Part shown: positions 17,043-24,161 of the stretch, piece after piece
Layout of the letters: the number at the start of each line of letters is the position of its first letter
Position numbering within the stretch: position 1 is the first letter of the stretch
Assembly: GCA_046730875.1 (NCBI GenBank)
Contig: JBKPJW010000162.1
Location: 2,680 to 34,679, forward strand
From: Actinomycetota bacterium
Lineage (GTDB): Bacteria > Actinomycetota > Actinomycetes > Actinomycetales > Micrococcaceae
DNA length: 32,000 bases
Direction: 5' to 3'
Translations under genes and position numbers: made by a program
The notes under the pieces: model-generated
Seen by the model: only the letters and a program-made list of their open reading frames with translations
Databases searched by the model: none
Told to the model about the DNA's origin: nothing

Positions 17043-17195
17043 GCTCCAGGCAAAAACGAAGCTCCAGGCAACACCGAGGTTCCAGGTAACACTGAGGCCC
17101 AAGGGCAGCGCTGGGATCACCGCAACCTCGGCTCCCCAGCAGCCGGGAATCAAGCAGCCGGGAAGCAAGCTGCGGGGAAAACGGCTGGGGGCATC
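17043..17195. repeat. two short tandem-repeat arrays (18-nt units x3-4, then 15-nt units x3-4) in a convergent intergenic region
   Basis: 18-nt units: GCTCCAGGCAAAAACGAA / GCTCCAGGCAACACCGAG / GTTCCAGGTAACACTGAG (17043-17096) plus a degenerate fourth unit. 15-nt units: CCAGCAGCCGGGAAT / CAAGCAGCCGGGAAG / CAAGCTGCGGGGAAA (17136-17180). Confidence 0.65.
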
Positions 17196-17198
17196 CAC

Positions 17199-17537
17199 CT
17201 ACGGGGAATGCGGCGCAGCAGAGTCCGTGTCCTCCGGCGGGTTGACTCCCGTGGCGTGCCGCGGCGAGGCTTCGGCCGCCGGGCGGCCGGCAGGGCTGGC
17301 GTTGGCGTCGGTGTCCTCGCGGCCCGGCTCGTGGCCTTCCTGCTTGACCACGTCCTCGCCCCGGCGCGTGGTGCTTTCGCCAACACCTTCAGGGGCCATC
17401 GCTGCGTCGTCGGGAGTCTCGTCGGCTCCCGGCTGCGCGGGTTCCTTCAGCGGCGGTTCGCTTCCGAAAGCGCGTGCCGTCCCGGGGGCGGTTCCTTCCG
17501 CGGCGTCTTTGTCGTTGGACGGATTGGTCGGTGACAT
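17199..17537 (-). CDS. hypothetical acidic, Pro/Ala/Glu-rich (probably disordered) protein, 112 aa
   Basis: Strong GAGGAGGA SD lies 5 nt upstream of the ATG at 17537, third positions are G/C-rich, and the gene sits 45 nt downstream of hypC on the same strand. There are no recognisable motifs. Confidence 0.5.
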   Translation of the reverse strand: MSPTNPSNDKDAAEGTAPGTARAFGSEPPLKEPAQPGADETPDDAAMAPEGVGESTTRRGEDVVKQEGHEPGREDTDANASPAGRPAAEASPRHATGVNPPEDTDSAAPHSP

Positions 17538-17582
17538 CGTGTCCTCCTCTTTCTGGCTGTGTGGTTGCCTTCGTTGCCGGGG

Positions 17583-17840
17583 TCAGCCCTCGTCGGCATC
17601 CGCGTCCCGGGGACGGCCCATCAGTTCCAGCCCGTCCATGGCCCGGTCGGCGCCGTCGGAATCGACCCGTTCCAAGGCGAATCCCATGTGGATGAGTACC
17701 CAGGTGCCGGGCTCCAGCGGGCCTTCGTCCAGCAGGCCGATGTTGATTTTCCGCTGCACGCCCGCCACGTCCACCAGGGCGAGCTGGTTGCCGTACCCCT
17801 CCAGCAGTTCGATGACCTGGCCGGGTATTCCTAGGCACAT
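17583..17840 (-). CDS. hypC: hydrogenase maturation chaperone HypC/HupF family
   Basis: MCLGIPGQVIEL N-terminus with the essential Cys2, 85 aa, starting 4 nt after the endopeptidase stop. Confidence 0.9.
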   Translation of the reverse strand: MCLGIPGQVIELLEGYGNQLALVDVAGVQRKINIGLLDEGPLEPGTWVLIHMGFALERVDSDGADRAMDGLELMGRPRDADADEG

Positions 17841-18427
17841 GATGCCCCCTCCGTGTGGTGTTCCGAGACAAGGCCAACGACGGCGGCAATCGCCTCAGGT
17901 ACGGCCGCCGCCACAGCGTCGCTCAGGCCGATCCCTTCGGTCATGTCAGCAGGCACGCAGCCCACCACATAGGTCACGGGCAGCTCGCCGCCCAGCGAAC
18001 GGAGGCGGCCCAGCACTGCCGCCGGGTCCATGCCGTGCGGGTCCAGGGCGGCGGTGCCGTCCAGGTCCTCCCGGCGCACCCGGAGGACCCTGATGCTGCC
18101 GGGTGCCGCGGTCTTTGAGCCGTCCGGCGGCACCGTGTCCACCAGCACCAGGACGTCCACGCCTGCCACCAGGTCGTAAGCCAGGTGCATGCCGCGGATT
18201 CCGTAGTCCACGGCCAGCAGGCCCGGCAGGTCCGGGTCAGCCGCACCGGCGAGCCGGCGTGCCACCTCCGGGCCGAATCCGTCGTCGCGCAGGAAAATGT
18301 TGCCCACCCCGGCCACCAGGATGCGGGCTCGGTGCCCTGCGGGGTCGTGCCCTTCCGTGCCGGTGGCCGCATTGCCGTTGCCCGCCGTCCCGGTGGCCGC
18401 ATTGCCGGGCTGGAGTCCGTTCGTCAC
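17831..18427 (-). CDS. [NiFe]-hydrogenase maturation endopeptidase (HupD/HyaD/HybD family)
   Basis: ILVAGVGNIFLRDDGFGPEVARRL and LDPHGMDP motifs. I place the start at GTG 18427, which overlaps the stop of the 39-aa ORF (GTGA). The track ORF extends to 18658 through a frame that gives an implausible Cys/Arg-rich N-terminus. Confidence 0.85.
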   Translation of the reverse strand: MTNGLQPGNAATGTAGNGNAATGTEGHDPAGHRARILVAGVGNIFLRDDGFGPEVARRLAGAADPDLPGLLAVDYGIRGMHLAYDLVAGVDVLVLVDTVPPDGSKTAAPGSIRVLRVRREDLDGTAALDPHGMDPAAVLGRLRSLGGELPVTYVVGCVPADMTEGIGLSDAVAAAVPEAIAAVVGLVSEHHTEGASCA

Positions 18428-18543
18428 ATCCGCCGCGCTTTCAGGTAGCGCTGGATGTCCGGGACCGAGCGTATTCCCACATAGACGGCACCGAGCGCCA
18501 GAGCTGCCAGCAGTCCGACTGTGGCCATTCCTACAATCCTCAT
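18424..18543 (-). CDS. 39-aa single-pass membrane micropeptide (not in the ORF track)
   Basis: My own minus-strand translation gives MRIVGMATVGLLAALALGAVYVGIRSVPDIQRYLKARRM. Its ATG overlaps the stop of the upstream 463-aa gene (ATGA, 18540-18543), and its TGA overlaps the endopeptidase GTG (GTGA, 18424-18427). The peptide has a hydrophobic helix and a basic tail. Confidence 0.55.
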   Translation of the reverse strand: MRIVGMATVGLLAALALGAVYVGIRSVPDIQRYLKARRM

Positions 18544-19931
18544 AGCGGGTCGTCCCTTTCATCGTCGAGCGGTTCAAGTTCCTCGGGAGCGTAATAGAAG
18601 GATCTGCCGTAGCCCTCGTGGAGGTCCGCGGCGGGGTCCTGTTCGAGCACGAGCCCAACGTGGGTGCTGCCGTCGACGTCGAAATGCACGCTGGTGACCC
18701 GGCCGGTCTGCCCGGCGAAGAACAGGTCCTGGGCGTCGGCCCGCCGGCTCGGGTTCACCCGGACCCGGCTGCCGCGGGCCACCGGAACACCGTTAATCAG
18801 AACGGCATCCATGTGCGGCTGGACGAGGGCTTCCGATTCCGGCGTCCACCACGGTGCCTCACCGCCGGTGGGGGTCAAACCTTCGGGATCGTTCAGGAAT
18901 TCCTCGGCACGGGGGTTGCGCAGGATTCCGTGCAGCTGCTGGAGCTCCTCCGGTGACATGGCTTCGCACTGGTCGATGATCGCGGCCGCGCGGGGATCGG
19001 TGGCGCGGGCCTCGGCTTTTTCCTCATCGGTCAGTGTCAGCACCCGTAGGGTGAGGATCTCGTCTATCTCCGTTGAGTCGTACAGGGCCACGGAACTTTC
19101 CGGCGCGACGGCCGGGTGGTCGTAGAGGATGATCGGGGACACCAGGAGCACGTCCGTCTGCCCCTCGGGACCGGCCAGCACGGGCCAGCAGCGATGCTGT
19201 GTGCAGGCAGCAGCCGCGTCCTTGGCCCAGCCGGGCGGATCCAGAAGCGACAGGAAATCCGCGTCCCGCAGGTCCAGGAGCACGTGCGCGCCGATGAAGG
19301 ACGCGGCGATCGCGTCTTGCCGGTTCCCGGGATCCTCGGCCGGCTCTGCGGTGTTGGTGACGGAAACCCGGAGCCGGATAAGCCCGTCGCCGGCGGCGGC
19401 GCTGAGGCCGACTTCGCCGTGCAGCGCGCGACGGCGGCGCACCAGCCGCCCGGCCAGCCGGCCGGCGTCGTCGCGGAGTTCCTCCACGTCCTCACCCGCG
19501 GGGATGTCCACCGGCAGCACGAGCGGTCCGTCGCCGGGCCGAAGCTGCCCCACCGGAACCGGGCCCAGCGCGATTTCCCGCTCCACTGCCTCGTCCCAGC
19601 TCAGCCAGCGGGAGGCGCCGACGGCGAGTTCGGCCACCGGACTGAAGTTGCCGGCGTCGTCCGCTTCTTCCGCGGTACGGCTCTGCAACTGCAGGAAACG
19701 CAGGTGGACTTCCACCTCCGCCTGCGCTCCGGGGCTCAGCAGGCAGTCGGCGAACATTCCCGGTTCCTCCCCGGCGCCGGCTTGGGCGGCTCCGGGCGGC
19801 CCCAGGATGCCAAACTGCCAGCGCGACTGGTTCTTTTGCGAGGAGGCGCGGTAGGGATACAGCAGGTAGCCCTCGTAGAGGACCGCGTCCGCGACTGCCC
19901 GGGCCAGGCTCAGGCTCATATTCATGGTCAT
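18540..19931 (-). CDS. conserved hypothetical protein of hydrogenase clusters (463 aa)
   Basis: The frame starts MTMNMSLSLARAVADAVLYEGYLLYPYRASS at ATG 19931, overlapping the upstream stop (ATGA, 19928-19931). The track ORF's extra 71 N-terminal codons overlap the previous gene. No cofactor motif is visible. Confidence 0.8.
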   Translation of the reverse strand: MTMNMSLSLARAVADAVLYEGYLLYPYRASSQKNQSRWQFGILGPPGAAQAGAGEEPGMFADCLLSPGAQAEVEVHLRFLQLQSRTAEEADDAGNFSPVAELAVGASRWLSWDEAVEREIALGPVPVGQLRPGDGPLVLPVDIPAGEDVEELRDDAGRLAGRLVRRRRALHGEVGLSAAAGDGLIRLRVSVTNTAEPAEDPGNRQDAIAASFIGAHVLLDLRDADFLSLLDPPGWAKDAAAACTQHRCWPVLAGPEGQTDVLLVSPIILYDHPAVAPESSVALYDSTEIDEILTLRVLTLTDEEKAEARATDPRAAAIIDQCEAMSPEELQQLHGILRNPRAEEFLNDPEGLTPTGGEAPWWTPESEALVQPHMDAVLINGVPVARGSRVRVNPSRRADAQDLFFAGQTGRVTSVHFDVDGSTHVGLVLEQDPAADLHEGYGRSFYYAPEELEPLDDERDDPL

Positions 19932-20584
19932 GGGAGCCGCTCTCCGCCCACGCCCGAGGCGTCGGCAGCCAGCAGGGTCTCGACGGTGGCCTCCCATGAG
20001 GTCAGGCCGCGCGCCGACTTGTACCGGGACAGGGCGGCCAGCACGTCCCGGTCCAACCGGATCCAGCCCGCATTGGGAAAGTACTGGTCCATCAGCCGGT
20101 GCCAGGCCGCCACGGGGAGCCGGTAGGACGCTTCGAGGTCCCACGGCACTTGTTCCACCCCGAATCCCGTCTGGCCTTTGGTAAAGACGGTGCCGGAGAA
20201 CAACAGTTCAAGCGGGATCTCCCCGTCCCGGAGGGCGTTCAGGTACTTGGCCGCGGCGACGTCGAAGTCGAAGGTGCACGGCAGGGCCAGGTCCGCCTCG
20301 GTGCTGCCCGTGAAACCCTGCACCATGGTGCTGCATTGCAGCCACAGGAAGGACTTGAGCGTGCTGGGCCACCGGCCGCGCTCGCCGAAGAGGTCCAGGA
20401 GCCCGCCTTCCTCCTCGTCCGCATACCCGCGGCGTTGCGGCAGGATCCGCACCTGGCAGCGCAGCGCGATAGCGTGGACGGCGGCTCCGGTGGCCTCGGT
20501 GATCCGGAGCCGGGCGGTCAGCTGCGGGGCAGCGGCGTAGGGCTCAGGCTGGATGTCGACGACGGCGAACGCCAGCTCGGTCAT
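19928..20584 (-). CDS. conserved hypothetical protein, DUF6084-like (218 aa)
   Basis: MTELAFAVVDIQPEPYAAAPQLTARLRI... The ATG at 20584 overlaps the upstream stop (ATGA, 20581-20584). The position and sequence style match the conserved unknowns of actinobacterial hhy loci as I recall them. Confidence 0.78.
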   Translation of the reverse strand: MTELAFAVVDIQPEPYAAAPQLTARLRITEATGAAVHAIALRCQVRILPQRRGYADEEEGGLLDLFGERGRWPSTLKSFLWLQCSTMVQGFTGSTEADLALPCTFDFDVAAAKYLNALRDGEIPLELLFSGTVFTKGQTGFGVEQVPWDLEASYRLPVAAWHRLMDQYFPNAGWIRLDRDVLAALSRYKSARGLTSWEATVETLLAADASGVGGERLP

Positions 20585-21345
20585 CGCGGGCCTCCCGGCA
20601 TGGACTCATGCCCGTCCGCCGGCGCGGGCTTGTCGGCCGGTGCAAGCTTTTCCTCGGGCGCATGCTTGTCCTCCAACACCGGCCGGCTGCGGCTGCCGAG
20701 CCGCGCGAAGAAGGCCGCGAGCTGCTCACGGGCCTCCTGACCGCCGTCGAACCCGCGCCAGAGCCGGCGCAGCTGGCCCACCAGTTCGTAGCAGGCGTCC
20801 ACGGGGACGAGGTGGCAGTCGGCGCGGGCACGCTCCGGTCCGGGACCACGGATCAGGAGCGCTTCCGTGTCCGGGGCCGCCATGGCCAGCGCCGGGTTCC
20901 GGGCCATCACCGCGCCCCACGCGCCCAGCGGAAGCTCCGATTCGGTGGCACCGGCCGGCCCGGGATAGAAGGCCACCGTCCGGTCGAGTTTGGAGCTGCG
21001 GAAGAAGAAGGCCAGGCCCACCGGGATTTCCAGCTCGTCCCACTGACCGGGACCGAGTTCGAAATCGGGGAAGGACAGGTACCGGTCCGGCACTGAACGG
21101 TAGCGCAGATGGGCGCTGGCGTCGGTGAAGAGGAGATAGCACGGCCGGCATGTGCACATCATGGCGTGGGATTCCAGGTCGACGACGTGCTGGTGCTCCT
21201 CCGGGATCGGTTCCCCGCACATTTCGCAGCGCTCGCCGGCGGGCGCCGCAGGCGGATTGGTGGCGATCCTGCGCAACAGTGCCACCGGCAACCCGCCGGG
21301 GGCAGCCCGGGTGCGGCCGGTCTCGGTGCTGCGTCCGGCGCTCAC
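20581..21345 (-). CDS. conserved hypothetical protein with a Cys-rich N-terminal motif, DUF5947-like (254 aa)
   Basis: The GTG start at 21345 lies 1 nt after the upstream stop. It contains CEMCGEPIPEEHQHVVDLESHAMMCTCRPCYLLF (CxxC...CxCxxC). Confidence 0.78.
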   Translation of the reverse strand: MSAGRSTETGRTRAAPGGLPVALLRRIATNPPAAPAGERCEMCGEPIPEEHQHVVDLESHAMMCTCRPCYLLFTDASAHLRYRSVPDRYLSFPDFELGPGQWDELEIPVGLAFFFRSSKLDRTVAFYPGPAGATESELPLGAWGAVMARNPALAMAAPDTEALLIRGPGPERARADCHLVPVDACYELVGQLRRLWRGFDGGQEAREQLAAFFARLGSRSRPVLEDKHAPEEKLAPADKPAPADGHESMPGGPR

Positions 21346-21346
21346 G

Positions 21347-22336
21347 TCAGGCGTCCTGGCCCGAAACCGCCGGCACGGCCACGGACATCACGCCGGACCT
21401 GACCAGGAGCGGTAACGGATCCAGGTGCAGGTTCCGGTCCTCGAGACAGCTTCCGGCCTGCCGCACGTCGAAATGGGCGCGGCATGAGGGGCAGCGCAGC
21501 AGGCCGCCGCCCGCCGGTGCGGCCAGCGCGCGCTGGAGTGTGGCACCGGCCATCGACGCCGTGCAGCGCGGGCAATAGTCGCGGTAGGCATAGACGTCCT
21601 GGCCGGTCCGGCAGGCGAGCACCGGATAGCCGCCCACCAGGAAGCCGGCAACGTCGCCGGGCTCCAGTCCGGCAATTTCCGGCACAGGCTCCCAGGACCC
21701 GCCGGGGTGCTCCTGCCAGGCCCCGGCGCCGCCCGGTCCGCGGTTCGGCGCACTGTCAGCGGTGCCGACGCCGGTGCCGACGCGCTGCTGGTCCAGACGA
21801 ACCAGAAGCGCGTCCACCGGGATTACGGCAGGAATGCCGGGACGCGATTCCTCCTCGACCACTTCGATGCCCGTAACCTCAGGTGCGGCCGACTCGATCG
21901 CCTCCTCGACGGCGAACTTGAGCGTGACCGACGACGACGGGCAGCCCTGGCAGGTGCCGAGCAGCTTCAGCCGAACCACGCCCTCCGGGCTGATGTCCAG
22001 GAGGTCCACGTTGCCGCCGTGCGAGCCCAGATACGGCCGGACACTGTCCAGCGCGGCAGCCACGCGTGTTTCCAGATCCTGCGGGTGCAGCCCGTGGATG
22101 ACCAGAAGGCTGGACACCAGCTCATCGGAGGTCAGCGCGTCCAGCGTGCCGTCGTCCAACTGTCCGCGGTCAGAGAGGATTTCCAGGATCCGGGCCAGCC
22201 CGGCACCGTACAGCTCCGTTACCTGGCGGACCAGTTCCTCAGCGCGGCCGCGGGCCACCGCCCCACCGGCGCCCAGGGCGTCGAGGAGACTCTCGATCCG
22301 GTCACCGGCCGGCCGCGGCCGGTCCTCGCCAGGCAT
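21347..22336 (-). CDS. hhyE: putative iron-sulfur protein: NifU-like domain plus Rieske-fold-like Cys4 domain (HhyE/HucE type)
   Basis: VRPYLGSHGGNVDLLDISPEGVVRLKLLGTCQGCPSSSVTLKFAVEEAI is a NifU C-terminal domain with CxxC. The C-terminal half has YRDYCPRCTASM and LLRCPSCRAHFD (CxxC...CxxC). The gene starts 6 nt after the hhyL stop. Confidence 0.8.
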   Translation of the reverse strand: MPGEDRPRPAGDRIESLLDALGAGGAVARGRAEELVRQVTELYGAGLARILEILSDRGQLDDGTLDALTSDELVSSLLVIHGLHPQDLETRVAAALDSVRPYLGSHGGNVDLLDISPEGVVRLKLLGTCQGCPSSSVTLKFAVEEAIESAAPEVTGIEVVEEESRPGIPAVIPVDALLVRLDQQRVGTGVGTADSAPNRGPGGAGAWQEHPGGSWEPVPEIAGLEPGDVAGFLVGGYPVLACRTGQDVYAYRDYCPRCTASMAGATLQRALAAPAGGGLLRCPSCRAHFDVRQAGSCLEDRNLHLDPLPLLVRSGVMSVAVPAVSGQDA

Positions 22337-22342
22337 GGCTTG

Positions 22343-24136
22343 TTACTCGCCGGTCAGACTCTGGGTGGGGGAGTGCAGCTTGTCCAGGGTCTGGCCGTTG
22401 CCCAGATACATGTGGACGCCACAGGGCAGGCAGGGGTCGAAGCTGCGGACGGTGCGCATGATGTCGATGCCCTTGAAGTGCTCGCGATCGTTTTCTTCGA
22501 AGATCGGCTGTCCCTGGACTGCGTCCTCGTAGGGGCCGGAAACCCCGGCCGAGTCCGTCGGGCTGGCATTCCAGGGGGTCGGCGGATACGGATGGTAGTT
22601 GGCGATCTTCCCGTCGCGGATCACCATGTGGTGCGACAGGACACCCCGCACGGCTTCGGTGAAGCCGCAGCTGATGGCTTCGTCCGGCACCTCGAAGGTC
22701 TCCCAGGTCTTGGTGCGGCCGGCACGGATCTCCTCGAGCGCCTTCTCCGCGAAGTGCAGCGCCGCGGCCGCGGCGTAGGCCTGGAAGTAAGTGCGCGCCC
22801 GGTTGCGTTCGATCGTGTTGCTCCACTGCGGGATGTTCCACTCCAAGGACACGGGACCCTTCAGCGCGGTCTTGGGCAGGTTGATCTGGACACTCCGGCC
22901 GGTGGACTTGATGTAGCCGATGTCCACCAGCCCGGCCAGTGCCGTTGCCCAGAGGCGCGCCAGCGGGCCGCCGCCGGTGTCCAGTGCCAGGTTGTCCTGG
23001 CCGTCGAACCAGCGCGGCGACATGACCCAGCTGTACTTGTCCGCGAGGTCCCGCTTCTGAGGCCGCGGATTGGTGTGCTGGTTCCAGGGATGCCGGCGGT
23101 CCACGGGATTGCCCAGCGGATCGTGGGTCACGAACATCTCCTGGCCTTCCCAGTCCTCGTAGTAGGAGGAGCCGAGCATGATCCGGATGCCCAGGTTGAT
23201 CCGCACCAGGTCCGTCGTGATGAGTTTTCCGTCCACCACCACGCCGGGGGTGACGAACATCTTCCGGCCCCACTCGGTCATGTCCTTGTACTCGAAGTTG
23301 CAGTGGTCCGGGTCCTGGAGCGAGCCCCAGCAGCCTAGCAGCGTGCGCCGCAGCCCCACCTGCTCGTAGCCGGGCAGGGCCTCATAGAAGAAGTCGAAGA
23401 GGTCGTCATGCATGGGGACAACCTTTTTCATGAACTCCACGTAGCGCATGAGCCTGGTGACGTAGTCCGTCATCAGCTGGATGGTGGCAACGGTGCCCAC
23501 ACCGCCGGGGTAGAGCGTGGACGGGTGGACGTGGCGTCCTTCCATGAGGCAGAACATTTCGCGGGTGGCCCGGCTGACCTGCAGGGCTTCGCGGTAGAAC
23601 TCGCCCGTGAACGGGTTGAGCGAGCGCATGATGTCCGCGATGGTCCGGTAGCCGTGGTCGGCCTCATGCGGGGCGCGGGTGTTTTCAGCCTTGGCCAGCA
23701 CTCCGGGGTTGGTTTCGGAGACCATCTTTTCGCAGTAGTCCACGCCGACGAGGTTTTCCTGGAAGATGTTGTGGTCGAACATGTACTCGGCAGCTTCACC
23801 CAGGTTCACGATCCACTCGCCCAGGTTCGGTGGCTTCACGCCGTACGCCATGTTTTGCGCGTAGCAGGAGCAGGTGGCGTGGTTGTCGCCGCAGATGCCG
23901 CAGATCCGGCTGGTGATGAAGTGGGCGTCGCGCGGGTCCTTGCCCTTCATGAAAATGGAGTAGCCGCGGAAGATCGAGGAGGTGCTCTTGCACTCCACTA
24001 CCTGGTTGTTTGCGAAATCGATCTTGGTGTAGATGCCGAGGCTGCCGACGATCCTGGTGATGGGGTCCCACGCCATCTCCACCAGGTTGCTGTCGCCTGT
24101 TCCGCTTCCGGACGGCATTGGAATCGTTGAGGTCAT
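22343..24136 (-). CDS. hhyL: [NiFe]-hydrogenase large subunit, group 1h (Hhy/actinobacterial type)
   Basis: 597 aa from MTSTIPMPSG (ATG 24136). L1 motif TSRICGICGDNH; L2 motif SFDPCLPCGVH, followed by a cleavable tail MYLGNGQTLDKLHSPTQSLTGE. Confidence 0.95.
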   Translation of the reverse strand: MTSTIPMPSGSGTGDSNLVEMAWDPITRIVGSLGIYTKIDFANNQVVECKSTSSIFRGYSIFMKGKDPRDAHFITSRICGICGDNHATCSCYAQNMAYGVKPPNLGEWIVNLGEAAEYMFDHNIFQENLVGVDYCEKMVSETNPGVLAKAENTRAPHEADHGYRTIADIMRSLNPFTGEFYREALQVSRATREMFCLMEGRHVHPSTLYPGGVGTVATIQLMTDYVTRLMRYVEFMKKVVPMHDDLFDFFYEALPGYEQVGLRRTLLGCWGSLQDPDHCNFEYKDMTEWGRKMFVTPGVVVDGKLITTDLVRINLGIRIMLGSSYYEDWEGQEMFVTHDPLGNPVDRRHPWNQHTNPRPQKRDLADKYSWVMSPRWFDGQDNLALDTGGGPLARLWATALAGLVDIGYIKSTGRSVQINLPKTALKGPVSLEWNIPQWSNTIERNRARTYFQAYAAAAALHFAEKALEEIRAGRTKTWETFEVPDEAISCGFTEAVRGVLSHHMVIRDGKIANYHPYPPTPWNASPTDSAGVSGPYEDAVQGQPIFEENDREHFKGIDIMRTVRSFDPCLPCGVHMYLGNGQTLDKLHSPTQSLTGE

Positions 24137-24161
24137 GTGCTTCACCTGTCTGGACGTGGGG

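Noticed and set aside
17039-17096. Stop-codon readthrough or frameshift extending the DUF6390-like protein into the repeat array
   Set aside because: In-frame readthrough of the TGA at 17039 hits TAA within 16 codons. Reaching the peptide-like APGNTE frame would need a +1 shift, and I see no slippery site for it.
17043-17195. CRISPR array
   Set aside because: The units are only 15-18 nt, directly abutting without spacers, and degenerate. No cas genes are in the window.
16918-18093. 391-aa plus-strand ORF (Pro/Arg/Ser/Gly-rich)
   Set aside because: It overlaps the repeat region, the acidic ORF, hypC and the endopeptidase on the opposite strand. The composition is low-complexity and there is no SD. 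I judged it an artefact.
21707-23338. 543-aa plus-strand ORF
   Set aside because: It is antisense to the hhyE-like gene and hhyL. The composition is Arg/Gly/Val-rich with no motifs, while the minus-strand genes have definitive hydrogenase signatures.
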